Counted from the stretch's first letter, positions 6,845-15,637 are shown. The stretch: 64,000 nt of DNA from an uncultured Solirubrobacterales bacterium (GCA_963788975.1 CAWBIJ010000003.1:71156-135155); one strand, 5' to 3'. Program-made: numbers and translations. The notes: generated by a model not told the origin, from the sequence alone.

Positions 6845-8529
6845 GCGCGAGCGCAAAGCGCCCGGAGATCATCGTCGACGGATTCCCGCGCAGCCGCTCG
6901 CGCTGGGCTGAGCTGGCGACCAGTGGTGATCACAAGGACATCGGCCGGATCCTGATCGGCGGCGCGCTCGGGTTCCTCTTCATCGCCCTGATCGAGCTGC
7001 TGCTGATGCGGCTGCAGCTGGCGATTCCGGGGAACACATTCCTCTCTCCGGAGACCTTCAACCGGATGCTCTCGCTCTACGGCACGACCGCGATCTTCCT
7101 CTTCGCGCTCCCGCTCGTCTTCGGCCTCTTCTACTACCTGGCGCCGCTGCAGATTGGCGCCCGCGGGACCGCCCTCCCCCGCCTCGGTCAGCTCGGCCTC
7201 TGGCTCTGGGTCGCCGGAGCCACCGTCCTCTACGCGGGCTTCCTCTTCACCCCCTCCGAGGCGGGCATCAACCCCCTGGCGCCGCTCTCCGAGCTGGCCT
7301 TCCTCTCCAACAACGGGGTCGACGCGTGGGCGGCCGCCACCGGCCTGGCGACGCTCGGCTTCGTCCTGCTGGCGATCGACCTGACCACGACGCTGCGCAG
7401 GATGCGGGCGCCGGGCATGGCCTGGAGGCGACTGCCGGTCTTCGCCTGGGCCACGGCGATCGGCTCCTGGCTGATGCTCGTGATCGGCCCGGTGCTGCTG
7501 GCTGCGATCACGATGCTGCTGATCGATCGCAACTTCGACGGAATCTTCTTCGCCGACGGCTCCGGAGGGGCGCCACTGCTCTGGCAGCACCTGAGCTGGA
7601 TCTTCTTCACCGGCACCTACATGCTGGTCATGATCGCCGCCTTCGGCGCGATCTGCGAGATCGTCCCGTCGCTCGTCGGCCGGCCGCTCGAGGGCCGCTC
7701 CACGGTGATCGGCTCGCTCGTCACGATCGCCGTGATCGGCACTCTGGCCTGGATCCAGAACATGTTCACGGCGCCGATCGGGATCGCCTGGATGTACTTC
7801 GCGATGACGATGGCCCTGGCCCTGATCGTCCCCTTCGGGCTGATCGTCTACAACCTGATCGCGACGATCGCTGGCGGCACCGTTCGCATGCGAGCGCCGC
7901 TGCTCTTCGCTGCCGGCGCGGTCTCGGCGATCTCGGTCGGCCTCGCGGCGGAGATCTCACACTCAATGGTCGGCCTCGCCTGGAAACTGAAGAACACGAC
8001 CGATGCCACCGGGGCGACGCATTTCGCCCTGATCGGCGGCGCCGTCTTCGGCGGTTTCGCCGCCCTCCACTACTGGTTCCCGAAGATGACCGGCCGCACG
8101 ATGGGCGAGAGCCTGGCGCGGATCTCCTTCTGGACGATGATCCTCGGTGCCATCCTCGCCTTCGTCCCACTCCTCTTCTCCGGTACCTACGAGGGGCAGG
8201 TGATCGACGCCTACAAGTTCTTCGGCGACGAAAGCATCAGCGGCTACAACCTGGTCGCCTCGATCGGCGCCCTCATGCTCGCCGCCGGCATCGTGATGAC
8301 GCTCGTCAACGCGATCCTCAGCCGTGAGGGCGGGCCCGAGGCCGGGCACGACCCCTGGGGCGGAGACTCGCTCGAGTGGTTTGCGCTCTCGCCCCCTGAG
8401 CCCCACAATTTCGACGTGCTTCCCGACGTGCGCAGCGAGCACCCGATGCGGGACATCCGCACGGCGATCGCCCACCGCACCGCGCGCAAGCCCGAGCGGC
8501 CAGCGCCCGAGTCACAGCCGGTAGCCTGA
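6841..8529 (+). CDS. heme-copper oxidase subunit I-like protein lacking heme a and CuB histidines
   Basis: GDHKDIG start motif and 12-TM pattern. It is colinear with the canonical CtaD in this window, but the ligand positions read SLYGTTAIF, FFTGTYMLV, AWIQNMF and THFALIGG. An ATGA overlap links it to the upstream subunit II-like ORF. Confidence 0.8.
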   Translation: MSASAKRPEIIVDGFPRSRSRWAELATSGDHKDIGRILIGGALGFLFIALIELLLMRLQLAIPGNTFLSPETFNRMLSLYGTTAIFLFALPLVFGLFYYLAPLQIGARGTALPRLGQLGLWLWVAGATVLYAGFLFTPSEAGINPLAPLSELAFLSNNGVDAWAAATGLATLGFVLLAIDLTTTLRRMRAPGMAWRRLPVFAWATAIGSWLMLVIGPVLLAAITMLLIDRNFDGIFFADGSGGAPLLWQHLSWIFFTGTYMLVMIAAFGAICEIVPSLVGRPLEGRSTVIGSLVTIAVIGTLAWIQNMFTAPIGIAWMYFAMTMALALIVPFGLIVYNLIATIAGGTVRMRAPLLFAAGAVSAISVGLAAEISHSMVGLAWKLKNTTDATGATHFALIGGAVFGGFAALHYWFPKMTGRTMGESLARISFWTMILGAILAFVPLLFSGTYEGQVIDAYKFFGDESISGYNLVASIGALMLAAGIVMTLVNAILSREGGPEAGHDPWGGDSLEWFALSPPEPHNFDVLPDVRSEHPMRDIRTAIAHRTARKPERPAPESQPVA

Positions 8530-8535
8530 TCTCTG

Positions 8536-9435
8536 ATGAGCGGCGCCGAGACCGTCGTAGTCGCCGCGCAGCGACCAGCAGCACTGACCGTCCTGCGGGA
8601 CTACGTCACGCTGACCAAGCCGAAGGTGCAGTCGCTACTGCTGCTGACCACGATCACGACGATGTACGTGGCCGGCGATCCCTCGCTCGGCCTCGTCCTC
8701 CTCACCTGCCTCGGCGGCGCCCTCTCAGCGGGCGGCGCCGGTGCGATCAACCACGCGGTCGACCGTGACATCGACCGCACGATGGCGCGCACGGCAGATC
8801 GGCCGGTAGCCAGCGGCCGAGTCTCGCCGGGAGCGGCGATCGCCTTCGGCGCTGCGCTCGGCTTGGCGTCGTTCACGCTGCTCTCGCTGACCGTCAACCC
8901 CCTCGCCGCATCGCTCTCGCTGTCCGGGCTGTTCGGCTACGTCTTCGTCTACACGCTGTGGCTGAAGCGCCGCACTCCGCAGAACATCGTGATCGGCGGC
9001 GCCGCCGGCGCGGTGCCTCCGCTGGTCGCCTGGGCAGCGGTGACCGGAGGGCTCAGCGGCACCGCCTTCTACCTCTTCGCGATCGTCTTCTTCTGGACGC
9101 CGCCCCACTTCTGGGCGCTCTCACTGCTGATGAAGGACGAGTACGCGAAGGCCGGCGTGCCGATGCTGCCAGTCGTCCGCGGCGAGGACGAGACGCGCCG
9201 CCAGATCCTCCTCTACACCGTGCTGCTCTACGCGGTGACCCAGCTGCCCTTCTGCGCCGGCGCCTTCGGGGTCGAGTACCTGGTCGCCTCGATGAGCCTC
9301 GGGGCCGCCTTCATCTACTTTGCGGTGCGGCTGCTGCGCAGCGGCGAGCGGAGCTGGGCCCTGCGCACCTACCTCTTCTCGCTCGCCTACCTGGCGCTGC
9401 TCTTCCTGGCGATGCCGCTCGACCGGGTGCTCTAG
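8536..9435 (+). CDS. ctaB: protoheme IX farnesyltransferase (heme O synthase)
   Basis: UbiA-family motifs NHAVDRDIDRTMARTADRPVASGRV and FFWTPPHFWALSLLMKDEYAKAGVPMLPVV. Confidence 0.9.
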   Translation: MSGAETVVVAAQRPAALTVLRDYVTLTKPKVQSLLLLTTITTMYVAGDPSLGLVLLTCLGGALSAGGAGAINHAVDRDIDRTMARTADRPVASGRVSPGAAIAFGAALGLASFTLLSLTVNPLAASLSLSGLFGYVFVYTLWLKRRTPQNIVIGGAAGAVPPLVAWAAVTGGLSGTAFYLFAIVFFWTPPHFWALSLLMKDEYAKAGVPMLPVVRGEDETRRQILLYTVLLYAVTQLPFCAGAFGVEYLVASMSLGAAFIYFAVRLLRSGERSWALRTYLFSLAYLALLFLAMPLDRVL

Positions 9436-9448
9436 TAGAAATCCGGCC

Positions 9449-9562
9449 ATGGATCGCCAGACGGCAAAAAAGAACATGACCTCGGCCCTGGTCGCCGGGG
9501 GCATCGCCGCCGCGATCTTCGCCCTCTGCTTCGTGGCCGCGACCCTCTACATCGCCTCATGA
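9449..9562 (+). CDS. possible 37-aa single-TM peptide
   Basis: Internal ATG of ORF 9320-9562, giving MDRQTAKKNMTSALVAGGIAAAIFALCFVAATLYIAS. Its stop overlaps the next ORF's start (ATGA). It has no recognisable family. Confidence 0.3.
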   Translation: MDRQTAKKNMTSALVAGGIAAAIFALCFVAATLYIAS

Positions 9563-9849
9563 GCGCAGAGCGGAGCGTTCCCGAGCCCGGCGAGCTGGTC
9601 TACCGGCCGCAGTCCTCCTGGCTGCCGGCCATCCTCGCCTTCGCCCTGGCGCTTGCCGTCTGCGGGATCTTCGCCCCGTTCATGGTGCCTGGGTGGATCT
9701 ACTCGGCGATCGGCATCGTGACCGCCCTGGTGGTCCTCCGCAGGATGACTCGCGGCGCAATCCGCGAGTACTTCCGCCTCCCCCGCAATCAGCGCGTGCG
9801 CGGCGCAGTGCTGCCAGTCGAAACGATCTCCCCGCCACATAAGGGCTGA
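9559..9849 (+). CDS. small two-TM membrane protein, unknown function
   Basis: 96-aa ORF with two hydrophobic helices (WLPAILAFALALAVCGIFAPF, WIYSAIGIVTALVVL), in the respiratory cluster. Confidence 0.5.
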   Translation: MSAERSVPEPGELVYRPQSSWLPAILAFALALAVCGIFAPFMVPGWIYSAIGIVTALVVLRRMTRGAIREYFRLPRNQRVRGAVLPVETISPPHKG

Positions 9850-9865
9850 GGCCAGCCTCAGCCCT

Positions 9866-10267
9866 CTATTCCGGCGTCATCCCGGATGTCGCGCCCTCAG
9901 ATGTCCAGACTTTGACGATGTCGCGCATCGAGAGCACGCCGACCAGCTCTGCGTCGTCGTAGACGACGAGGTGGCGGATGCCGCGGCGCGCCATCTCGGC
10001 CGCGGCGCGCTCCAGGCTCCAGTCGGGCGAGGCCGCGATCACGCTGTCGCTCATGTGGTCGGCGACCCGCTCGGCGTCGGGGTCATCACCGGCGCCGACC
10101 GAGAGCAGGATGTCGCGCTCGGTGACGATGCAGGGCACCGGTGTCTCGTCGTCGCTGACCAGCGCCGCGCCGATCCCTTTGTCCGCCATCATCGCCGCCG
10201 CCTCTCGCAGCGTGTGCGAAGGGCCGACGGTGAGCACCACCTCTGACATCCCGTCCCGTACCCGCAT
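9866..10267 (-). CDS. CBS domain pair protein
   Basis: Two CBS repeats are present (VLTVGPSHTLREAAAMMADKGIGAALV...IVTERDILL; VIAASPDWSLERAAAEMARRGIRHLVV...VLSMRDIVKV). Confidence 0.85.
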   Translation of the reverse strand: MRVRDGMSEVVLTVGPSHTLREAAAMMADKGIGAALVSDDETPVPCIVTERDILLSVGAGDDPDAERVADHMSDSVIAASPDWSLERAAAEMARRGIRHLVVYDDAELVGVLSMRDIVKVWTSEGATSGMTPE

Positions 10268-10396
10268 CTGCGCTCCTTCCCCGCGTCACCGCGAGATCGT
10301 GTGAATCGCCTCAAGCCTACCCATCCATCCCAGTCCTCGCCAGGCATCTTTTCGCGAGTCCTGGGCATATAGACTCCGGCGCGCCCAGCGCCGTGT

Positions 10397-11089
10397 ATGC
10401 CTAACTCAATTCGCCCAACCCGCCTGCTGCTCGCCCTCGCCGTCGTGGTCGCCGTCGCGCTGACCGCCTCCGGCTGCGGCACGAGCAGCGCGGACGAGGA
10501 GCGCGGCCGAGTGCTCTTCAAACAGAAATGCGGCACCTGCCACATCATGGCCCAGGCGGGCACGAGCGGCACGATCGGGCCCGACCTCGACGACGCCTTC
10601 GGCCCAGCGCGCGCCGCCGGCGAGACAGGCAGCACGATCGAAGGCGTGGTCAAGGCCCAGGTCGAGAACCCGCGGCCCATAACCGACAACCCGGCGGTCT
10701 CGATGCCGGCCGACATCGTCGAGGGACAGGATCTCGAAGACGTCGCCGCCTACATCGGCGAGTACGCGGGCGTGCCCGGCGCGGCGCCCCCGACCGTACC
10801 CGGCGGCCCCGGCGCCCAAGTCTTCGCAAACAACGGCTGCGGTGGCTGCCACACGCTCGCCGCGGCCAAATCGGGTGGCGTAACCGGCCCCAACCTCGAC
10901 GATGTCCTACCCGGACAGAGCGCCGCGATGATCCACAAATCGATCGTCGACCCAAACTCGGTCCTCGCCAAAGGCTATCCGGCAAACGTGATGCCGCCGA
11001 CCTACGAAACCGCGCTCAGCCCGAAAGAACTGGAAGACCTCGTCGCCTACCTGGTCAAATCGACCAGCGGCAAATCCAAAGCCGGCTGA
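10397..11089 (+). CDS. dihaem class I c-type cytochrome, lipoprotein
   Basis: Lipobox LTASGC. Two CxxCH motifs (CGTCH, CGGCH), each followed by GPDLDD/GPNLDD, with distal Met regions. Confidence 0.85.
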   Translation: MPNSIRPTRLLLALAVVVAVALTASGCGTSSADEERGRVLFKQKCGTCHIMAQAGTSGTIGPDLDDAFGPARAAGETGSTIEGVVKAQVENPRPITDNPAVSMPADIVEGQDLEDVAAYIGEYAGVPGAAPPTVPGGPGAQVFANNGCGGCHTLAAAKSGGVTGPNLDDVLPGQSAAMIHKSIVDPNSVLAKGYPANVMPPTYETALSPKELEDLVAYLVKSTSGKSKAG

Positions 11090-11141
11090 GCCCGCCCGCG
11101 GCGGCGACCCGACTGTCGCTGGCATCATCCGTCGACTACCG

Positions 11142-12113
11142 ATGCGTGAGCGCCTAGAGATCACGCCGCAGCTCTACGCCAAGGTGACGATCGTCGCCTT
11201 GGCAGCCCTCTCTCTGATCGTGCTTACCGGCGCTGGGGTGCGGCTGACCGGCTCCGGCCTTGGCTGCCCCGACTGGCCGAAGTGCTACGGGAAAACAGTG
11301 CCACCGCTCGACACCCACGCAGTGATCGAGTACGGCAATCGCCTCCTCACCGGCTTCGTCGGCCTCGCCGTGATCGCCGCCAGCGCCCTCGCCTGGCTGC
11401 GGCGGCCGTTCCGCTGGCACCTCGCCTTCTTCGGCGCGCTGCTGCCCATGGGGGTGATCGGACAGGCTGTCCTTGGGGCCCTGGTCGTCAAGCACCACCT
11501 CGCCCCGGAGCTGGTGATGTGCCACTTCCTGCTCTCGATGCTGCTGCTCGACGCCGCTTTCGCGCTTGCCTGGTGCGCCCGCTACGAGTTCTGGGAGCGA
11601 CGACGCTCCTCGGACCGGCTCGGCGTCTGGGCAGTCCGCGCCCTGGTCCCGCTCGGGCAACTGACGATCCTCGCCGGGACGGTCGCGACCGCCTCGGGCC
11701 CTCACGCCGGCGACCACGAAGGTGAGCTGGTCAGGCGGTTCGACTTCGAGGGCGCCGGCACCTTGGAGTGGGTGGTGCAGCGCCATAGCGCGATCGCCAC
11801 GGTCTTCGGCTTCGCGGCGATCGGGGTCTGGCTCCTGCTGAGGCGGCAGGGAGGCGACAGGCGCGCCGTCAGACCCCTCACCGTCGTGATCTGCCTGCTC
11901 GGGGTCCAGGGAGCCGTAGGGGGCCTCCAGTGGGCCCTGGAGCTGCCGGCGGAACTGGTCTGGCTGCACATCGTCCTCGCCACGACCACCTGGCTGGCGA
12001 TGCTGTGGACGGTTGCCACTGCCGGCCGGCTGGAGCCACGAGGGGCCGTCGTGGCTCCCAGCGCTGAGACCATGCCGGAGCCGGCCCTGAGCGCCCCCGG
12101 CAGGGCCCCCTAG
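11142..12113 (+). CDS. ctaA: heme A synthase (COX15/CtaA)
   Basis: GSGLGCPDWPKCYG, IEYGNRLLTG, a multi-TM pattern and conserved His residues in the helices. Confidence 0.85.
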   Translation: MRERLEITPQLYAKVTIVALAALSLIVLTGAGVRLTGSGLGCPDWPKCYGKTVPPLDTHAVIEYGNRLLTGFVGLAVIAASALAWLRRPFRWHLAFFGALLPMGVIGQAVLGALVVKHHLAPELVMCHFLLSMLLLDAAFALAWCARYEFWERRRSSDRLGVWAVRALVPLGQLTILAGTVATASGPHAGDHEGELVRRFDFEGAGTLEWVVQRHSAIATVFGFAAIGVWLLLRRQGGDRRAVRPLTVVICLLGVQGAVGGLQWALELPAELVWLHIVLATTTWLAMLWTVATAGRLEPRGAVVAPSAETMPEPALSAPGRAP

Positions 12114-12128
12114 ACGCGCCCCACGCTG

Positions 12129-12932
12129 ATGCTGCCCTTCGCCGTCTCGATCGCGACGCTCAGCCTCGCGCAGGCGACGCTGGTCGCCCTGCCTCGTCCC
12201 GCTGCCTCCCCCGCCCTCGCGCGGCTCGGCGGTCGTTGGTGGGCGCTCGTCCCGCCCGGGTCGATCGCGCTCGTGGTCGCAGCGATCGCGCTCGAGTCCG
12301 ACTCGGCGCAGGTGCTGACCTACGTCGCCCTACTCGCCGTGCCTCCCCTGGCCGCCCTCGCGCTCGGCGGAGTCATGCGCGGGGCCCGCATCGGGCTGGC
12401 GGCGCTCGTCGCTCCGCTCTTCGCGCTCGCCTGGGCCTCCCAGGAGTCCCTTGCGGGCGAGGGTGCGGCACTGGCGCTCACCGGCCTCGCCTGCGTCAGC
12501 CTCGGCTGGCTGCTGGCCTGCGTGGTCCCGCCGCGTTGGCTGAAGCTGGGGATCTACGCGATGGCGGCAATCGACGCTTGGCTGGTCTCCGCCGAGCTCC
12601 TGCAAGAGCCGAACGCGGTTCTCAACGCCGCCTCGCCGGGCAGCCTGCCGCAACTGCAGTACGCCTCCTTCGGCTCAGCCGTGACCGGGTTCGGCGACCT
12701 CTTCCTCGCTGCCACCCTGGGCGCGCTGCTCGCCGCCGACCGGCGGCTTCAGCTGACCGGTGCCGTCCTGCTCGCAATTCTCGCCCTCAGCTTCGACCTG
12801 CTCTTCCTCGCCGCCGACTCGCTGCCGGCAACGGTCCCGGTCGCGCTCACTCTCGCCGTCCTCGATCTCGGCGGCCGGCGCTGGCCTAAGCCGGCTAGAG
12901 CAGCGCCAGGAGCAGCGCGGTCTGGGCGCTGA
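12129..12932 (+). CDS. polytopic membrane protein with YD-like/GxGD/PAL-like motifs (possible presenilin/SPP-type intramembrane aspartyl protease)
   Basis: 267-aa hydrophobic ORF. It has Asp149 in the helix IYAMAAIDAWLV, GFGD at 187-190 at the start of the next helix, and LPATVPVAL at 232-240. The motif-based function call is tentative. Confidence 0.55.
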   Translation: MLPFAVSIATLSLAQATLVALPRPAASPALARLGGRWWALVPPGSIALVVAAIALESDSAQVLTYVALLAVPPLAALALGGVMRGARIGLAALVAPLFALAWASQESLAGEGAALALTGLACVSLGWLLACVVPPRWLKLGIYAMAAIDAWLVSAELLQEPNAVLNAASPGSLPQLQYASFGSAVTGFGDLFLAATLGALLAADRRLQLTGAVLLAILALSFDLLFLAADSLPATVPVALTLAVLDLGGRRWPKPARAAPGAARSGR

Positions 12933-13143
12933 TCAGCCCGACGAAGGCGGCGAACGCCACCGCGAACAGCTGAATCATGGTCCGTTGCATCAGCTCAAAG
13001 CGAGCATCGACTCGGGCTTCAAACGCGTCGAAGCGGGATTCCAGCGATCCGAAGCGAGCATCCACGCGACGCCCCTGCTCGACGACCTGTTCCTTCAGGT
13101 CGTCCATCCGCTCGTCGGTCCAGCTCTCTCGCACAGCCTCCAT
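12895..13143 (-). CDS. small coiled-coil, C-terminally membrane-anchored protein
   Basis: 82-aa ORF with repeated heptad-like RVDARF/SRFDAF segments, then a hydrophobic tail IQLFAVAFAAFVGLISAQTALLLALL. Confidence 0.5.
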   Translation of the reverse strand: MEAVRESWTDERMDDLKEQVVEQGRRVDARFGSLESRFDAFEARVDARFELMQRTMIQLFAVAFAAFVGLISAQTALLLALL

Positions 13144-13210
13144 ATTGGCAGACTAGAAGACAGAAAGTTACGTGTGGGCACCTCGATGTGACGATTTCGC
13201 AACGACTACA

Positions 13211-13861
13211 TCAGGAAGCCGTGCGCTCGGCGGAGAGATCCACCACGACATGGGTGATCGGCAGGTTGATCTGCTCACGGGCCTGTTCGACCACCCCGTG
13301 CTCCAGCCAGCGCGAGCGCTCCGGCGGATGGGTCGAGATCACGATCTCGTCAGCGGGAAAGGTGCGCAGCGCATCCTCGATCGCAACGTTGGGGTCTGAG
13401 TCGCCGATCTCTCCCCTCCCCTTCAGCCCGAGCTCGTCGATCGCGATCAGCGAGAGCTCCATGCGCTGGCGCGCCAGCTCGATCGCTTCGTCGATCGCAG
13501 AGGCCCAGTGCGCCGCCCGCGAGCCGGCCAGCGCCGGCGTGATCACGAGAATCTCGCAGTCCCGACCGTGGCATCGATTGCCGATCTCCTCCAGCAGCTC
13601 GCCACCGCCGACCGTCTCGTTGGCGACGACCAGCACCCGGTGCTTGCCGTCGCCGCCGCGGGTGACCTCGACCGTGCGTGGCAATGATCCCCGCGAGCTG
13701 CGGTAGGCGATCCCCGCTCCGAACCCGATCAACGCCGCCGCGAGGACGACTCCAAAGACCGGCCGCGTCAGCAGCGTCAGCACGATCACCGCCACGGCCC
13801 CCGCGCCGATCACGACCACCCACCGAAAAGCGTCAGCCTCCGACCTAAGAGGGTTGTGCAT
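13211..13861 (-). CDS. membrane-anchored Rossmann-like (USP/HUP-type) domain protein
   Basis: Two N-terminal TM helices, then RVLVVANETVGGGELLEEI...ILVITPALAGSRAAHW...GEIGDSDPNVAIEDALRTFPADEIVISTHPPERSRWLEHGVV. The same domain occurs twice in ORF 14759-15637. Confidence 0.7.
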   Translation of the reverse strand: MHNPLRSEADAFRWVVVIGAGAVAVIVLTLLTRPVFGVVLAAALIGFGAGIAYRSSRGSLPRTVEVTRGGDGKHRVLVVANETVGGGELLEEIGNRCHGRDCEILVITPALAGSRAAHWASAIDEAIELARQRMELSLIAIDELGLKGRGEIGDSDPNVAIEDALRTFPADEIVISTHPPERSRWLEHGVVEQAREQINLPITHVVVDLSAERTAS

Positions 13862-13863
13862 AA

Positions 13864-13968
13864 CCCCAGTGTTACCCCTGGGGCGGCGAAATCAAGCCTG
13901 GCTAGGACGCAGGGAGCGTGGCGTGCTCTGCACGCGAGCGACCGAGGACGACGCCAGGCGCAGGTTGC
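13864..13968. repeat. palindromic intergenic repeat, short form (copy B)
   Basis: 13894-13961 (AAGCCTGGCTAGGACGCAGGGAGCGTGGCGTGCTCTGCACGCGAGCGACCGAGGACGACGCCAGGCGC) matches 26944-27011 with 2 mismatches. The left end CCCCAGTGTTACCC resembles the long-form terminus. Confidence 0.8.
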
Positions 13969-13974
13969 GCCGTC

Positions 13975-14598
13975 TCAGAGGATGTAAACCGAGACGTAGA
14001 CGATGATCCACATCACGTCGACGAAGTGCCAGTAGATGCCTGGCACCTCAACTCCGAGGTGATCCTCCGCGGCAGGCCCGAAATGACCACGGAAAGCGCG
14101 GATCGTGGCGAAACTGAGGAGGGCGAGGCCGACGAAGACGTGGGCGCCATGCAGGCCGGTGAGGCCGTAGAAGATCGAGCCGAAGGCGAGATCGCGGGCG
14201 GCGAAGCCGATGTGCGCGTACTCGTTGATCTGAATAAAGAGGAAGGTGGCGCCGAGAAGAAGGGTGAGAACCAGGCCCAGCTTCAGCCCAGTGCGGTTCC
14301 CCTTGCGCACCGACTCAAGCGCGTAGTGGATGGTGAAGCTCGAAGAGACGAGGATCGCGGTGTTGATTCCAGCCACTGCGACCGGTAGCTCGTAAGGCTC
14401 GGGCGGCCAGCTCGGCGGGTCGACAACCACGCGGAGGAAGAAGTAGGCGGCGAAGAAGGCGCCGAACAGCATCACCTCGGAGACGATGAAGAGCAGGATC
14501 CCCAGGGTCTGGCGATCGATCCGCGAGCTCTGGTGGGCCTCGGGCGGGCCGTGGTGCTCGTCGTGGGAGTGGCCCAGGGCGACGGTGGCGCTCTCCAT
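13975..14598 (-). CDS. ctaE: cytochrome c oxidase subunit III
   Basis: Internal ATG (14596-14598) of ORF 13975-14715. MESATVALGHSHDEHHGPPE...LGILLFIVSEVMLFGAFFAAYFF...GLHGAHVFVG...YWHFVDVMWIIVY are typical COX3 motifs. Confidence 0.85.
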   Translation of the reverse strand: MESATVALGHSHDEHHGPPEAHQSSRIDRQTLGILLFIVSEVMLFGAFFAAYFFLRVVVDPPSWPPEPYELPVAVAGINTAILVSSSFTIHYALESVRKGNRTGLKLGLVLTLLLGATFLFIQINEYAHIGFAARDLAFGSIFYGLTGLHGAHVFVGLALLSFATIRAFRGHFGPAAEDHLGVEVPGIYWHFVDVMWIIVYVSVYIL

Positions 14599-14758
14599 CA
14601 GTGCCGCCTCCCGTGGGTACGGCCCGGCTCTGACGAGTGGCTGGGCGTGACTGGCAAGTCCGGTGAACGAAGGCGATGCAGCGCATCGACGAGTTCGCTG
14701 GACGCCGCCAGGCACGTCCAGATGCCGTCAGAACGGGGTGTACTCGCGTGAGTCGGCA

Positions 14759-15637
14759 CTAAGCCGTCTCCTCTCCCTCGGCAACGGCGGCGGCCACAGC
14801 GGCCGCCGGCCTGCCGACCTCGAGGTGCTCGACGGTCTTGTCGGTGATCTCGCGAACCCGGCCGATCAGGTCCTCCTCGAGCCAGCGCGAGGTCTCGCCG
14901 GCAAATGTCGAGATCAGCACCTCGTCAATTCGGTAGTGCTCGATCGCGTTTCTCACAGCATGGAAGGGATCGGGGCTCATCGGTTGCCCGGTGGCGTCGA
15001 TGTCGGCGCGGTAGAGCTCGGCAAGGGTCGAGGCGAGGTCGCGCACCACCTCCGACTCCGAGACGTCGTCGGAGCGGGGGCAGATGACCGTGAAGCGGTG
15101 CGGATGGCCCGCGGCTCGTTCCTTCAGCCGGGTGACCAGGTCCGGGGCCGCAACCGTCTGGGTGGCGACGACCAAAGTGTGGTTGACCTCCCAGCTGACC
15201 GCGTCGTCTTCGATCCGCACCGGGATGTGGGTGACGGCGATGTCCGGCTCGAAGCGAGCCCGCGCCCACTCCACCAGGTCCTTGCGAGTCAGCCCGAAAC
15301 GAGTCTCGGAGAGGCAGGAGAGCAGCACCTCGCCGGGGTCATGGGCGCGCACGGCGTCATCCAGGGCGAGCGCTGGATCGGGATCCATCACCTCACCGAT
15401 CGAGTCGATTCCGTACTCGGAGAGGACCGACATCGTCACCTCGACCCGCGCCCGCGCAGCGTCGCGCAGTTCACCGGGCTCGACGACCTGACCGACGGCC
15501 GGCTGGTTCTGCGGTGCCGCGACGGCGACGAAGGGAACCTGCTCGGCCCGCTCCTGAACCGCCTGCAGCAACTTGCGGCCGCCCGCGACCTCGTTGAGGA
15601 AGACGAGCAGGGGTCGGGCGTCGGACGTGGGGCTCAT
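14759..15637 (-). CDS. tandem Rossmann-like (USP/HUP-type) domain protein
   Basis: The ATG at 15635-15637 overlaps the ctaD stop (ATGA). MSPTSDARPLLVFLNEVAGGRKLL... and HTLVVATQTVAAPDLVTRL...IDEVLISTFAGETSRWLEEDLI are two copies of the domain in 13211-13861. The listed 711-aa ORF 14759-16894 is this gene extended through an off-frame reading of ctaD. Confidence 0.75.
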   Translation of the reverse strand: MSPTSDARPLLVFLNEVAGGRKLLQAVQERAEQVPFVAVAAPQNQPAVGQVVEPGELRDAARARVEVTMSVLSEYGIDSIGEVMDPDPALALDDAVRAHDPGEVLLSCLSETRFGLTRKDLVEWARARFEPDIAVTHIPVRIEDDAVSWEVNHTLVVATQTVAAPDLVTRLKERAAGHPHRFTVICPRSDDVSESEVVRDLASTLAELYRADIDATGQPMSPDPFHAVRNAIEHYRIDEVLISTFAGETSRWLEEDLIGRVREITDKTVEHLEVGRPAAAVAAAVAEGEETA

